Below, in pieces: positions 27,096 through 36,780 of a DNA stretch of 64,000 bases (position 1 is its first letter; the number at the start of each line of letters is the position of its first letter). The position numbers were made by a program, and so were the translations under genes. The notes beneath the pieces were generated by a model. The model was given only the letters and a program-made list of their open reading frames with translations, had not been told where the DNA came from and ran no database searches. Source of the stretch: Bacteroidales bacterium (GTDB taxonomy: Bacteria > Bacteroidota > Bacteroidia > Bacteroidales > UBA1556); contig WGCS01000034.1 of NCBI GenBank assembly GCA_015493685.1, forward strand, positions 5,042 through 69,041, written 5' to 3'.

Positions 27096-30000
27096 ATGAA
27101 AAAATTGTTATTGGTAATAACTCTATTGTTGAGTTTTGGATATAGCCATGCTAAGAGTCCATTCTTGCTTAGTCAGGAAAATAAAATTCAGTTTGAGAAC
27201 ATCGTTAAAACATTGGAAGATAAATTTGGTGTTTCAGTAACTTATGATGCCGATGCCTATGTTGAGGTTTCCAATGTAGAGAAATCACAGATTTTAAAAG
27301 CAAAAAATATTGAAGCAGCTCTAAAAAAACTGACCTATAATAAGGGAGTTAAATTCAAAAAACTTCGTGCTGATTATTATGTCATTTTAAAGGAGGAACA
27401 AAATGCGACCTTGAAAAAATCCCCTCAGAAGAAGGTAGATAAAGATAGGGTCTTTACCGGTACTGTTACGGATAATTATGGTGAAGGACTGCCGGGGGCA
27501 ACAATTGTAGCCAAAGGCAACACTAATATTCATGCCATAACGGATGTTGATGGAAATTTTACTATTACCGTCCCTCAAGGGGTTAATGTTTTAGTTGTTA
27601 GATATCTTGGTTTTAAGGATAAAGAAGTTACCTTAAGCAATAAGTCTAAATTGAACATTAGTTTAGAGCCTTCAGCAAAGGAATTAAAGGCGGTTATAGT
27701 GTCAGGGGTAGCAGGAAAGACTACCAAAGAAAAATTAACCATTACGGTGAATCATCTTGATGCCAAAGAACTTAAAAGAGTTCCTGCTAGTTCTGCCTCA
27801 AGCGTTTTGCAGGGTAAGGTACCGGGAGTAATAGTTACCCAAGCCGGAGGTCAGCCTGGTTCGGGGTCCTCTATTCGTTTAAGGGGAGCTACTTCCATGT
27901 TGGGGAATAATTCTCCACTTGTTATTGTCGATGGTATTATGGTACAAACTTCATTGGCAGATATTAATTCTGATGATATTGAGAGTATTGAAGTGCTTAA
28001 AGGAGCTGCTGCCTCTGCCTTATATGGCTCTCGCGCTGCAGCCGGTGTTATTGTTATCAATACCAAAAGGGGACGCGATATGAAAAGCTCGTACCAAGTG
28101 ATTGTACGTAACGAAATTGGTAATTCACAATTGTCAAAATATATTAAGTTGGCAACACATCATCCTTATCAACTTGATTCTAATTATCAGGATTATCCTT
28201 ATACTCGATACAAGGGAGTTACCTACGATAGTGAAGGTAATGTTATTAATGGAAGTAGGAGCTTGACAAATACAGGCTATGCAGATCAGCCATATGCTGT
28301 TCTTCATAATCATCAAAAAGAGTTTTACAAAAACGGAAATTATTATACTAATTATCTGGGAGTTGCTTCCAAAACAAAAACTAGTAATTTATTCTTCTCT
28401 TTTGAAAATCATCATGACGAAGGAATTATCTTTAATACATCGGGATATACTCGACGAAATTTTCGTTTTAATGCAGATACTAAAATTGGTAAGCGGATAA
28501 GCCTTTCAACCTCCAATTTGTACATTAGGTCGTACTCCGATAAGCCAGGTTCAAATAGTAGTTTTTATGATTTATTATTTATCAATCCTGATGTAAACTT
28601 AAATCAAACTAATACTGACGGTTCTCCATATAAAATCTTACCCGACCCATGGAGTATCAATGAGAATCCACTTTATCCTTTAAATTATCGTCATCGCGAT
28701 ACTCGTAAGAATACTTTTATGACTAATGTAAATGGAAAGTTAGTGATCTTTGACTGGCTTAACTTAAAAGCAAAATATAGTTTTGAATCTTTTAACAAAT
28801 ATTATAATACCTATACTCCTAAGGGCTATCTTTATGGTGGTGGTGCTAATATTGGTGGTGCTATTTATAAGGAGCAATATACCTCCAATAATCAGGTTTT
28901 TCAAACAACGTTGAATTTTAATAAATTGTTTGGAGATTGGCTGGTGAAGTCTAAACTGAGCTATATGTACGAGGATGAGAATTATCGTGATTATAGTGTT
29001 TTAGGTAAGAATTTTATAGTTCCTAATATCCCTCAGTTATCAAATACTGATCCTACAAAAGCTTCTCTGAAATCCTATGATGGAATTGTTAGAGCCATTG
29101 ATTTGTTTGCCATTGCCGATGTTGATTATAAAGGAAAATATTTATTCTCAGGTTTATTTCGTAGAGATGGTTCCTCTCTCTTTGGTGCTAATCAACGCTG
29201 GCAAAGTTATTATCGTATTGCGGCCGCTTATCGTATTACCGAAGATATTAAAATCCCACATGTTCAGGAGTTGAAAATCAGAGCTGCTTATGGTACTTCA
29301 GGTTTACGTCCCGGTTATTCGTGGCAGTATGAAACCTATTATTTTAGCAATGGTCAATTATATCGCGACCAACTTGGAAACAAGAATTTGAAACCTTCTG
29401 AAGCTAGAGAATTGGAAATAGCATTGGATGCAAATTTCTTAAAACGATTAAATTTTACAGCAAGCTATTCTATTACAAATACGATAGGTGCTTTTGCAAA
29501 AGTTCCATTGGCCAGTCATTTGGGTTACCCATACCAATGGCGAAATGTAGGAGATATGAAAGCTAATGTTCTTGAACTGTCATTGGGATATAATGCCATT
29601 AAAAAGAAAGATCAAAATCTAAATTTGCAGTTTAACTTTGATAGGATAAGGCAGAAAATGACAAGTTTAACTATACCGGCGTATTATACCGGTCCTCATA
29701 GTGCTTATTATATTAATCCCGGTGAGCCTTTTGGAATTATTTATGGATATGACTGGGTAAGGTCACTGGACCAAATGGCACAGCAATTGCCTGCCGGTAA
29801 AACCATTGGCGATTATCAAATGAATAGTGATGGTTATGTAATCCTTAAGGGGACAGAGGGAACAAAACAAGAAAAGGCAATTCCTTTTGATGCTAATAAA
29901 GATGGTAACCCTGATAAAGTAGCTATCGGTAATGGCAATGCTGATTTTCATCTTAATTTATCAACGACCTATCAATACAAGAAATTTACGGTTTACCTAT

Positions 30001-30413
30001 TGATGGATTGGAAACAAGGCGGTGATATTTATAATTATACTCACCAATATACCTTTAGAGATGGTCGTGCTATTGAGTTCGATCAATTTGGTAAGGCAGC
30101 TGATAAGATGAAGTCAACGGCCTACTATAGTAACTTTTATCAACAATCAATTAATTCTTACTTTGTCGAGGATGGTACTTATTTGAAAATTAGAGAGTTC
30201 TCCATTTTCTATACCTTTACTCCCAAAGTTCTTAATGGTTTGTTTAAATCAGTGAAATTCGGTATCGTTGGAAGAAATTTCCTTACCTTTACTAAGTATT
30301 CAGGATATGATCCGGAGGTTGCCTCCACAGGCGATTTAACAACCTTTGCTTTTGATGATTTTGGATATCCAAACTTCAGAACATTTTCAGCTTCTTTAGA
30401 ATTTAAATTTTAA
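27096..30413 (+). CDS. SusC/RagA family TonB-dependent transducer (STN signalling domain, carboxypeptidase-regulatory-like domain, plug and barrel)
   Basis: 1105 aa. The N-terminal extension is STN-like (FENIVKTLEDKFGVSVTYDAD...YYVILKEE). FTGTVTDNYGEGLPGATIVAKGNTNIHAITDVDGNFTI. Plug IESIEVLKGAAASALYGSRAAAGVIVINTKRG. C-terminal ...FRTFSASLEFKF. Confidence 0.9.
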   Translation: MKKLLLVITLLLSFGYSHAKSPFLLSQENKIQFENIVKTLEDKFGVSVTYDADAYVEVSNVEKSQILKAKNIEAALKKLTYNKGVKFKKLRADYYVILKEEQNATLKKSPQKKVDKDRVFTGTVTDNYGEGLPGATIVAKGNTNIHAITDVDGNFTITVPQGVNVLVVRYLGFKDKEVTLSNKSKLNISLEPSAKELKAVIVSGVAGKTTKEKLTITVNHLDAKELKRVPASSASSVLQGKVPGVIVTQAGGQPGSGSSIRLRGATSMLGNNSPLVIVDGIMVQTSLADINSDDIESIEVLKGAAASALYGSRAAAGVIVINTKRGRDMKSSYQVIVRNEIGNSQLSKYIKLATHHPYQLDSNYQDYPYTRYKGVTYDSEGNVINGSRSLTNTGYADQPYAVLHNHQKEFYKNGNYYTNYLGVASKTKTSNLFFSFENHHDEGIIFNTSGYTRRNFRFNADTKIGKRISLSTSNLYIRSYSDKPGSNSSFYDLLFINPDVNLNQTNTDGSPYKILPDPWSINENPLYPLNYRHRDTRKNTFMTNVNGKLVIFDWLNLKAKYSFESFNKYYNTYTPKGYLYGGGANIGGAIYKEQYTSNNQVFQTTLNFNKLFGDWLVKSKLSYMYEDENYRDYSVLGKNFIVPNIPQLSNTDPTKASLKSYDGIVRAIDLFAIADVDYKGKYLFSGLFRRDGSSLFGANQRWQSYYRIAAAYRITEDIKIPHVQELKIRAAYGTSGLRPGYSWQYETYYFSNGQLYRDQLGNKNLKPSEARELEIALDANFLKRLNFTASYSITNTIGAFAKVPLASHLGYPYQWRNVGDMKANVLELSLGYNAIKKKDQNLNLQFNFDRIRQKMTSLTIPAYYTGPHSAYYINPGEPFGIIYGYDWVRSLDQMAQQLPAGKTIGDYQMNSDGYVILKGTEGTKQEKAIPFDANKDGNPDKVAIGNGNADFHLNLSTTYQYKKFTVYLLMDWKQGGDIYNYTHQYTFRDGRAIEFDQFGKAADKMKSTAYYSNFYQQSINSYFVEDGTYLKIREFSIFYTFTPKVLNGLFKSVKFGIVGRNFLTFTKYSGYDPEVASTGDLTTFAFDDFGYPNFRTFSASLEFKF

Positions 30414-30432
30414 CCCCAAAAATTAGATTATT

Positions 30433-31914
30433 ATGAAATTTAAAATACTATATATATTTGTTATTAGCTTGATTGTGTTTTCAGGATGCAAAAAAAAGTT
30501 AGACGTAGAAAATGATACTAATCCAAGTATTAAAAATATTTATGCAGATCCTCCTTCGGTATATGGCGTAGCCTCAAGTATGTTTTTTAATTGGTATATC
30601 AATGCACAAACTCACAGCTGGTCTCCTGCTATGTCGATGATGGTGATGGCAGATCAGGGAACTTCTTCTTGGTTGAATAGTGGGATGTATGATTTGTCTC
30701 GCGAACCTCGTTTGCCCTTCGATAATTCTGAGAGCTATCGTTATGCCAAGGTGTTTGATCATTATTGGTCAAAACTTTATGCTAATATCAATACATCTAA
30801 TGATGTGTTGAAAGTATTGAATGATGGAATGCAAATAGGTACGTTGGATGCCTCCGGACAAGGTGCAGACACTAAGATGGTGGAGGCAATGTCTTATTTT
30901 ATTCAAGGTTTATCTCTTGGTTATCTTGGTTTAAATTATGATAGAGCATATATCATTACCGAGACAACTGACGATCCTGCTTCTGAACCTTTGAGTTCCT
31001 ATTCTGAAGTTACCGCTGCCGGTATTGCTGCTTTACAGAAATGTGCCAGCATTGCCCAAGCCAATAATTTTATTATTCCAAGTGATTGGATTAACGGGAA
31101 AGATTATACTAATAATGAATTGGCAGAATTAGCAAATTCTTACTGTGCTCGTTTCTTAGTGTATAATTCACGAAATGCCAGTGAAAATTCTGCCGTTAAT
31201 TGGCAGCAAGTATTAGATTATGCTAATCAAGGAATAACCCAGGACTTTGAGGTGTTTATGGATAATGTCAATTGGAAAAACTGGGTTTATCATTATACCT
31301 ATGAACGTGATGATTGGGTTAGAGTAGATCCACGTATTATCCACTTAATGGATACTACCTTTGCCGCACATGTTACTTCAGGTGCCGATCCAGGAGTAGC
31401 TCATTCTGCCGATGCTCGTTTAGGGACAGATTTTGTCCATACCAGCGTTTGTCCTTTTAAACCGGAACGTGGATATGAACATTTTTCGTATTATTTATAC
31501 CACCGTTTGACCTATTCTTTTTCTAATCCGGGTAATTTTCCTGAGTTTTATAAAAATGAATTGGACTTGATTAAGGCAGAAGCCTATGTCCATTTAGGCC
31601 AGCTTCCCCAAGCTATCACTATTATAAATAATAGTTCAAGGGTTACTCGTGGTCACTTAACTCCACTGTCTAACTCCTTAACTAAAGACGCTATTCTTAA
31701 AGCAATATTTTACGAACGTGATATTGAGCTTTTTGTAGCTGGATTTGGTACTGACTTTTATGATATGCGTCGTAGAGATATGTTACAGAAAGGAACAATG
31801 TTACATTTTCCCATTCCTGCCAAGGAATTAAATGTTATGGGTATTCCGATATATACTTTTGGTGGTGTGGCAAATGCTGATGGAGTGAATACCTCCAACG
31901 GTGGGTGGTTTTAA
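30433..31914 (+). CDS. RagB/SusD family nutrient-uptake outer-membrane lipoprotein
   Basis: Lipobox LIVFSGC. 493 aa. It immediately follows the SusC-like gene. SusD-type C-terminal block AILKAIFYERDIELFVAGFGTDFYDMRR. Confidence 0.85.
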   Translation: MKFKILYIFVISLIVFSGCKKKLDVENDTNPSIKNIYADPPSVYGVASSMFFNWYINAQTHSWSPAMSMMVMADQGTSSWLNSGMYDLSREPRLPFDNSESYRYAKVFDHYWSKLYANINTSNDVLKVLNDGMQIGTLDASGQGADTKMVEAMSYFIQGLSLGYLGLNYDRAYIITETTDDPASEPLSSYSEVTAAGIAALQKCASIAQANNFIIPSDWINGKDYTNNELAELANSYCARFLVYNSRNASENSAVNWQQVLDYANQGITQDFEVFMDNVNWKNWVYHYTYERDDWVRVDPRIIHLMDTTFAAHVTSGADPGVAHSADARLGTDFVHTSVCPFKPERGYEHFSYYLYHRLTYSFSNPGNFPEFYKNELDLIKAEAYVHLGQLPQAITIINNSSRVTRGHLTPLSNSLTKDAILKAIFYERDIELFVAGFGTDFYDMRRRDMLQKGTMLHFPIPAKELNVMGIPIYTFGGVANADGVNTSNGGWF

Positions 31915-31938
31915 AATAGAATTTAAATCTAGATAGAA

Positions 31939-33183
31939 ATGAAGATAAAAATTAGTGTATTAGCTTTGCTGTTGGTATTTGTGTTCCAAATTCAATTATC
32001 GGCATGCACAGTAGCTGTTATCTCTGGTAAATATACCAAAGATGGTCGTCCTTTACTGTGGAAGAATAGAGATACTTGGGCTGTTCATAATAAGATTATG
32101 TATTTTGATGATGGGAAGTATGAATATATGGGCTTGGTTAATTCGGGAGATATTCATGGTAAAAGCGTTTGGATAGGTCAGAATAGCGAAGGCTTTGCCA
32201 TTATGAATTCCGCATCGTATAATCTTAATATAGGAGATACAAATAAGCTTAGCGGTCTTGAAGGACATGTTATAAAAGCAGCTTTGGCCAATTGTGCCAC
32301 CATAGCTGATTTTGAGAAAATGATGGATGAGATGAAAAGGCCTACCGGTTTTGAAGCTAATTTTGGGGTGATTGATGCCCAAGGAGGCGCGGCGATGTAT
32401 GAGCTTAATAATAAAGGCTATGTTAAATTTGATGCCAACGATCCTAAAGTGGCCCCCTTTGGTTATATCATTCGTGCCAACTACTCTTTTATGGGCAGTT
32501 TTGGTAAGGAGAGTAGTGGTTATATTCGGTATAATACAGTCAATGAATTATTTTATAATGCAATGAGTACTAATGCCTTCACTGCTCAATTTATTTTGCA
32601 GGATGTGGCGCGTAGTTTAAAACATTCGCTTGTAAAAGAGGACTTGTTTATCAAGTATGCAGATGTGCCTCAAAATACACCTACTTTTGCTTTCTTTCAT
32701 GATTTTGTTCCACGAAAAAGCAGTGCCTCTACTTGTGTTATTCAAGGCGTGAAAAAGGGTGAGAATCCTGAATATAGTACTCTATGGTCTGTTGTGGGCT
32801 TCCCGCTCACTTCAGTGGTTGTCCCTACTTGGATTAAAGGAAAAAATACCTTCCCAGAGGTTCTTAAAAGGAATGATAAGATTAAAGATTCTCCGATTTG
32901 TCATGCTGCATTGACATTGAAGGCTGAAGTTTTTCCCATTCGTTGGGGAAAATTTGCTTCGAAATTCTATATTAATATTAATGCACTTACCAATGAGGAT
33001 GGTACGGGTATCCGTCAAAAAATAAAACCTTACGAGGATAAAATATTTGCTCAGACTAATGCTAAATTAGATGAGTGGAGGACTTCGGGAATGAAAAAAT
33101 CAAGTATAGAGGATTATTATAAACAGTTAAATGCGGAAGTTCAGAAGATGTTCCAAAAAGAGTTTAATATAGTACTGAATTAA
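31939..33183 (+). CDS. Secreted Ntn-hydrolase-like protein (peptidase C69/C45-like)
   Basis: The signal peptide ends ...QIQLSAC and is followed by CTVAVISGKYTKDGRPLLWKNRDT. This resembles the N-terminal-Cys nucleophile block of C69/C45/choloylglycine-type Ntn hydrolases. Confidence 0.5.
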   Translation: MKIKISVLALLLVFVFQIQLSACTVAVISGKYTKDGRPLLWKNRDTWAVHNKIMYFDDGKYEYMGLVNSGDIHGKSVWIGQNSEGFAIMNSASYNLNIGDTNKLSGLEGHVIKAALANCATIADFEKMMDEMKRPTGFEANFGVIDAQGGAAMYELNNKGYVKFDANDPKVAPFGYIIRANYSFMGSFGKESSGYIRYNTVNELFYNAMSTNAFTAQFILQDVARSLKHSLVKEDLFIKYADVPQNTPTFAFFHDFVPRKSSASTCVIQGVKKGENPEYSTLWSVVGFPLTSVVVPTWIKGKNTFPEVLKRNDKIKDSPICHAALTLKAEVFPIRWGKFASKFYININALTNEDGTGIRQKIKPYEDKIFAQTNAKLDEWRTSGMKKSSIEDYYKQLNAEVQKMFQKEFNIVLN

Positions 33184-33249
33184 TACTTGGTTTTTTATAT
33201 AGTGTGTTTACTGTGTGCTTGTTATGCAAGCATAGATGTTTGGGAAGTG

Positions 33250-33278
33250 AAAAAGCAGCTGTAATGGCTGCTTTTTTT
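33250..33278. terminator. Bidirectional rho-independent terminator between convergent genes
   Basis: AAAAAGCAGC-tgtaatg-GCTGCTTTTTTT, with an A-tract on one side and a T-tract on the other. Confidence 0.7.
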
Positions 33279-33310
33279 ATTTCGTTGTCCTTAGCTATTG
33301 TCGCTAGCCT

Positions 33311-33670
33311 CTATAAGAAAAGAAATGCGCCGTCAATATGTTTTATTGTTTCCCCTTCGGGATGAATAACGATGGATACAATATCGAATCGTGCCTCAAG
33401 GTTGTAATCACTGGCATTAATAAAAGCATTGGCTGCTTTGATAAGAAACCTTTGTTGCTTTAAACTTACACTTAATTCGGGCTTTACTAAATAGCCAACA
33501 GTTCGGGTTTTTACTTCTACAAAAACCAGTATGTCATCGTCTAAAGCAATAATGTCAATTTCCATCTTGCCATAGTGCCAATTGCGTTTCAGAATTTTAA
33601 AACCTTTCTTTTGCAGATAGTTACTTGCAAGCTCTTCTCCCTTGTTGCCTGTTTCTTTAGCTTGATTCAT
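33311..33670 (-). CDS. yraN: YraN family (UPF0102) endonuclease-like protein
   Basis: 119 aa. GEELASNYLQKKGFKILKRNWHYGKMEIDIIALDDDILVFVEVKTR matches the UPF0102 pattern. Confidence 0.85.
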   Translation of the reverse strand: MNQAKETGNKGEELASNYLQKKGFKILKRNWHYGKMEIDIIALDDDILVFVEVKTRTVGYLVKPELSVSLKQQRFLIKAANAFINASDYNLEARFDIVSIVIHPEGETIKHIDGAFLFL

Positions 33671-33683
33671 AGGCTCTTATGGA

Positions 33684-34580
33684 TTAATTTGTACTTACTT
33701 TTTCTTTGAGTGATCTGAATCCATCTCCTAATACCTCATTGGCATTAATTACTGTTAAAAATGCATTGGGGTCTACTGAATGAATATACGACTGCAATAT
33801 AGTCAATTCTCTTCGATTTACAACGGTATAGATAATTGTTTTTTCCTTTCCGTGGTACATTCCTTCTCCTTTAACAAAAGTGCCTCCGCGTTTTAAATCA
33901 TCAACAATTTTATTACGTATTGCTTCATGTTTATCAGAAATGATAATAAGTGTTTTGTCATAATCTACACCTTCAATGACTACATCGACTACCTTGCCGG
34001 TAATAAAAATAATTATCCAGGAAATAAGAGGTATTAATGGGTCTTTAAATGCAATCCAACTTAACAATACAATTGAAGAGTCCACAAGTATCATTAGTTG
34101 TCCTAATGAGATATGAATATATTTTGCTAATATCATAGCTATAATATCAGACCCTCCTGATGTTGCTCGCGATTTGAATACCATTCCCAATCCAATTCCT
34201 ATTAAAACGCCTCCGTAAAGTGCCGAAAGTAAAGGCTGATTTGGAACAAAAGGAGCATAGCCATGAACGTACTCCAATAAACTTATCCATGCTGATAGCA
34301 ATACCATTCCAACAATAGTTTTAATACCAAATCGAGGTCCTAATATCCAAAATCCTAGAATGGTAAGTGGTATATCCATTGAAATACCTAATAATCCTAT
34401 GGGGAAATTAAAAAGATGATGGAGGACAATGGCAATACCGTAAACCCCTCCCGGAGCAAATTTATATGGATTGATAAAATAGATATAGGCCACTCCCATG
34501 ATAAATGTTCCAATGACTATTAGTAAATAGGCTTTAAACCATTTTGCGCTAAATAATTTTTCTTCCGTTATAAATGACAT
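33684..34580 (-). CDS. YitT family membrane protein (DUF2179 C-terminal domain)
   Basis: 298 aa with 5-6 TM segments. C-terminal soluble domain ...TIIYTVVNRRELTILQSYIHSVDPNAFLTVINANEVLGDGF. Confidence 0.8.
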   Translation of the reverse strand: MSFITEEKLFSAKWFKAYLLIVIGTFIMGVAYIYFINPYKFAPGGVYGIAIVLHHLFNFPIGLLGISMDIPLTILGFWILGPRFGIKTIVGMVLLSAWISLLEYVHGYAPFVPNQPLLSALYGGVLIGIGLGMVFKSRATSGGSDIIAMILAKYIHISLGQLMILVDSSIVLLSWIAFKDPLIPLISWIIIFITGKVVDVVIEGVDYDKTLIIISDKHEAIRNKIVDDLKRGGTFVKGEGMYHGKEKTIIYTVVNRRELTILQSYIHSVDPNAFLTVINANEVLGDGFRSLKEKVSTN

Positions 34581-35154
34581 AATATATTATTATTAATGAT
34601 TAGTACTATTACTAGTATTAAAGATTGATTTATTAAACTTTAAAACGGCGGCGAAAATAGTTTTTTTCTATTCTCGTTATACTACTATTTTTCAGGATTT
34701 ATATTGATATTAAACAGTAATTATTGAGCTTGATTGTTGGGCTTAAAGATAGTATGATATTCTAATTATCAGGTAGCTATATTTTATTGTGAGTTTTAAT
34801 AATTGTAATACAATATTTTTTGGCGGAATTTATTTAACTTAATATGACCCAACAGATTGCCTGATACGAATAATTTTAAACTGTTTTATTAATCACTATT
34901 GTTTAACAAAAACAGAAATATGTAAATTATCATTAACTAATCTTGTTTCTGTCAGTCATGAACTGATAGGTTTATTAGCAGTAACTTACATCATCCTATG
35001 ACTGAATGAGGGAAAATAAATTGAAATTCTCATTCCAAGGCATAATTTATTATCGTGAAATTTCTTTATTAGCAGTAATACAATGACAAGAATAGCGCTT
35101 ACAGTCTTTATGAACTTTTTAAACAAAATGCTGTAATAATTAGAACTTAACCGT

Positions 35155-35733
35155 TTATTCTTGTTGGTCTTGTTGGTCTTGTTTAAAAGTAATACCGTCA
35201 TTTCTGTGTTTGTATTGGCCAATGCTATAAACAAGCAAAACAGTTCCAATGAGTAATGTGATATAACCGATAAAAACAACAGGGAATTGAGGCCATATCA
35301 AGATAAGAATGCCAAGGCTAAGCGCGATAATGCTGTTGATAAGCATAAAACTAGAATTGCCAATAATGTGTTTTCTGTTAGCGGCAAAGAATAGTTGTGT
35401 TAAGCCTACAATAATTAACCAGATAGAAATAAAATAATGCAATAGATTAACTACTATTTGGGGTTTGAAAAATAGAAATAAGCCTACGGCAAAATAAAGT
35501 ACTGATTGAAAATACCAATAAGTTTTGGACTTTATGGTTGTTGTTTTTGATTGGTAGGCGTATATCAAGAATGCTAGCCCAAATAAAAACAAAGTGATGC
35601 CGGCAATAATGATAATGGTATTGTAAATGGTATTGGGAACTAAAATAAGTATTGCACCAATACTTAAAGTGATCACTGCATTAATCAAAATATTAGTCCA
35701 GTGATTCGAGGTGGTAATTTGTTGATCTTTCAT
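35155..35733 (-). CDS. HdeD-like (DUF308) membrane protein
   Basis: 192 aa with six short TM segments in a repeated pattern. It starts 12 bp after the M48 peptidase stop. Confidence 0.5.
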   Translation of the reverse strand: MKDQQITTSNHWTNILINAVITLSIGAILILVPNTIYNTIIIIAGITLFLFGLAFLIYAYQSKTTTIKSKTYWYFQSVLYFAVGLFLFFKPQIVVNLLHYFISIWLIIVGLTQLFFAANRKHIIGNSSFMLINSIIALSLGILILIWPQFPVVFIGYITLLIGTVLLVYSIGQYKHRNDGITFKQDQQDQQE

Positions 35734-35744
35734 GGTTTATATAA

Positions 35745-36557
35745 TTAGTTATTTTTATTATAGTATTTCATTGCAATAGGCATAAACTTTTTTAATGCTT
35801 CAATCCTTGTGGCATCACTAGGATGTGTTGACATAATCTCCGGTGGTTTTTGACCACCTACTTTCGACATTCTTTCCCAAAAGGAAATAGCCTCATGGGG
35901 ATTATAACCGGCAATAGCCATAAAAACTAAGCCCATTTTGTCAGCTTCAGATTCGTGAAGACGTGAGTAGGGCAGCATAATGCCATATTGGGCCCCCAAA
36001 CCAAATGCCTGCTGAAATAAGATTTGGGTTTCCTTGGGTTTATTTTGAATAAAAGTAGCGAGAAGCTGGGCGCCATAGTTGGCAGCAATTTGCTGACTCA
36101 TTCGCTCATTGCCATGGCGTGCTACGGCATGGGCAACTTCATGACCCAGCACAACAGCCAAGCCGGCGGCATTTTTTGTATAAGGGAGTATGCCGGTATA
36201 AACAACAATTTTTCCTCCGGGCATACACCATGCATTGGGCTGTGGATCTACCACTAAATTATATTCCCACCGGTAGCCGTCGATAAGCGATTCTTGCCCC
36301 TTCGACTTCAAATAGCTTTTTACTGCTGCGGCTATTTTTGCCCCTACCGATTTTACCATTTGCGTCTTTCGTATGTTAGTTGATTGCTTATGTGACTTTA
36401 TAAAACTATTGTAATTGGTTAGCGATAAGTTAATTACCTGACTTTCCGGGAGCAGCGCTATTTGTTTTCTCCCCGTTAAAGGAACGGTGCTGCATGAGCT
36501 TGCCATAAGGAGCAATAGTAAAGTGATATACTTTATATTTTGAATTAATGGTTTCAT
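35745..36557 (-). CDS. M48 family zinc metallopeptidase lipoprotein
   Basis: Lipobox LLLLMASSCS. HExxH motif VLGHEVAHAVARH. Downstream ESEADKMG. Confidence 0.85.
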   Translation of the reverse strand: MKPLIQNIKYITLLLLLMASSCSTVPLTGRKQIALLPESQVINLSLTNYNSFIKSHKQSTNIRKTQMVKSVGAKIAAAVKSYLKSKGQESLIDGYRWEYNLVVDPQPNAWCMPGGKIVVYTGILPYTKNAAGLAVVLGHEVAHAVARHGNERMSQQIAANYGAQLLATFIQNKPKETQILFQQAFGLGAQYGIMLPYSRLHESEADKMGLVFMAIAGYNPHEAISFWERMSKVGGQKPPEIMSTHPSDATRIEALKKFMPIAMKYYNKNN

Positions 36558-36745
36558 TTGTTTGCAATCTTTGTTTCTATAAATCTATTGTACAAAGATA
36601 TGCAAATGTATTTTGTATTAACATTGATGTCCTATTTAAAATCTAAATTTAATTTAAGAATAGGGAAATGAGTAGAACTTTGCTAAACTAAGATTAAGAA
36701 ATAGAAAATTAGATTAAAAAAAGCTAATGATGAACAAATGTTCAT

Positions 36746-36753
36746 TACTTTTG
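36746..36753 (+). promoter_or_regulatory. Bacteroidetes -7 box TActTTTG
   Basis: Perfect TAnnTTTG, 28 bp upstream of the ATG at 36781. The track start at 36727 lies upstream of this box. Confidence 0.5.
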
Positions 36754-36780
36754 CGGTCTAAAATAATAGATAATAATACT

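Noticed and set aside
35160-35183. 9-bp tandem repeat CTTGTTGGT x2.7
   Set aside because: It is too short and lacks spacers, so it is not a CRISPR or regulatory array. It lies inside the coding sequence and simply encodes the QDQQDQQE C-terminal tail of the HdeD-like protein. It could at most be a slippage-prone site.
34986-35279. 97-aa minus-strand ORF overlapping the 3' end of the HdeD-like gene
   Set aside because: It overlaps a better-supported membrane protein gene in another frame and runs into AT-rich intergenic sequence. No recognisable features.
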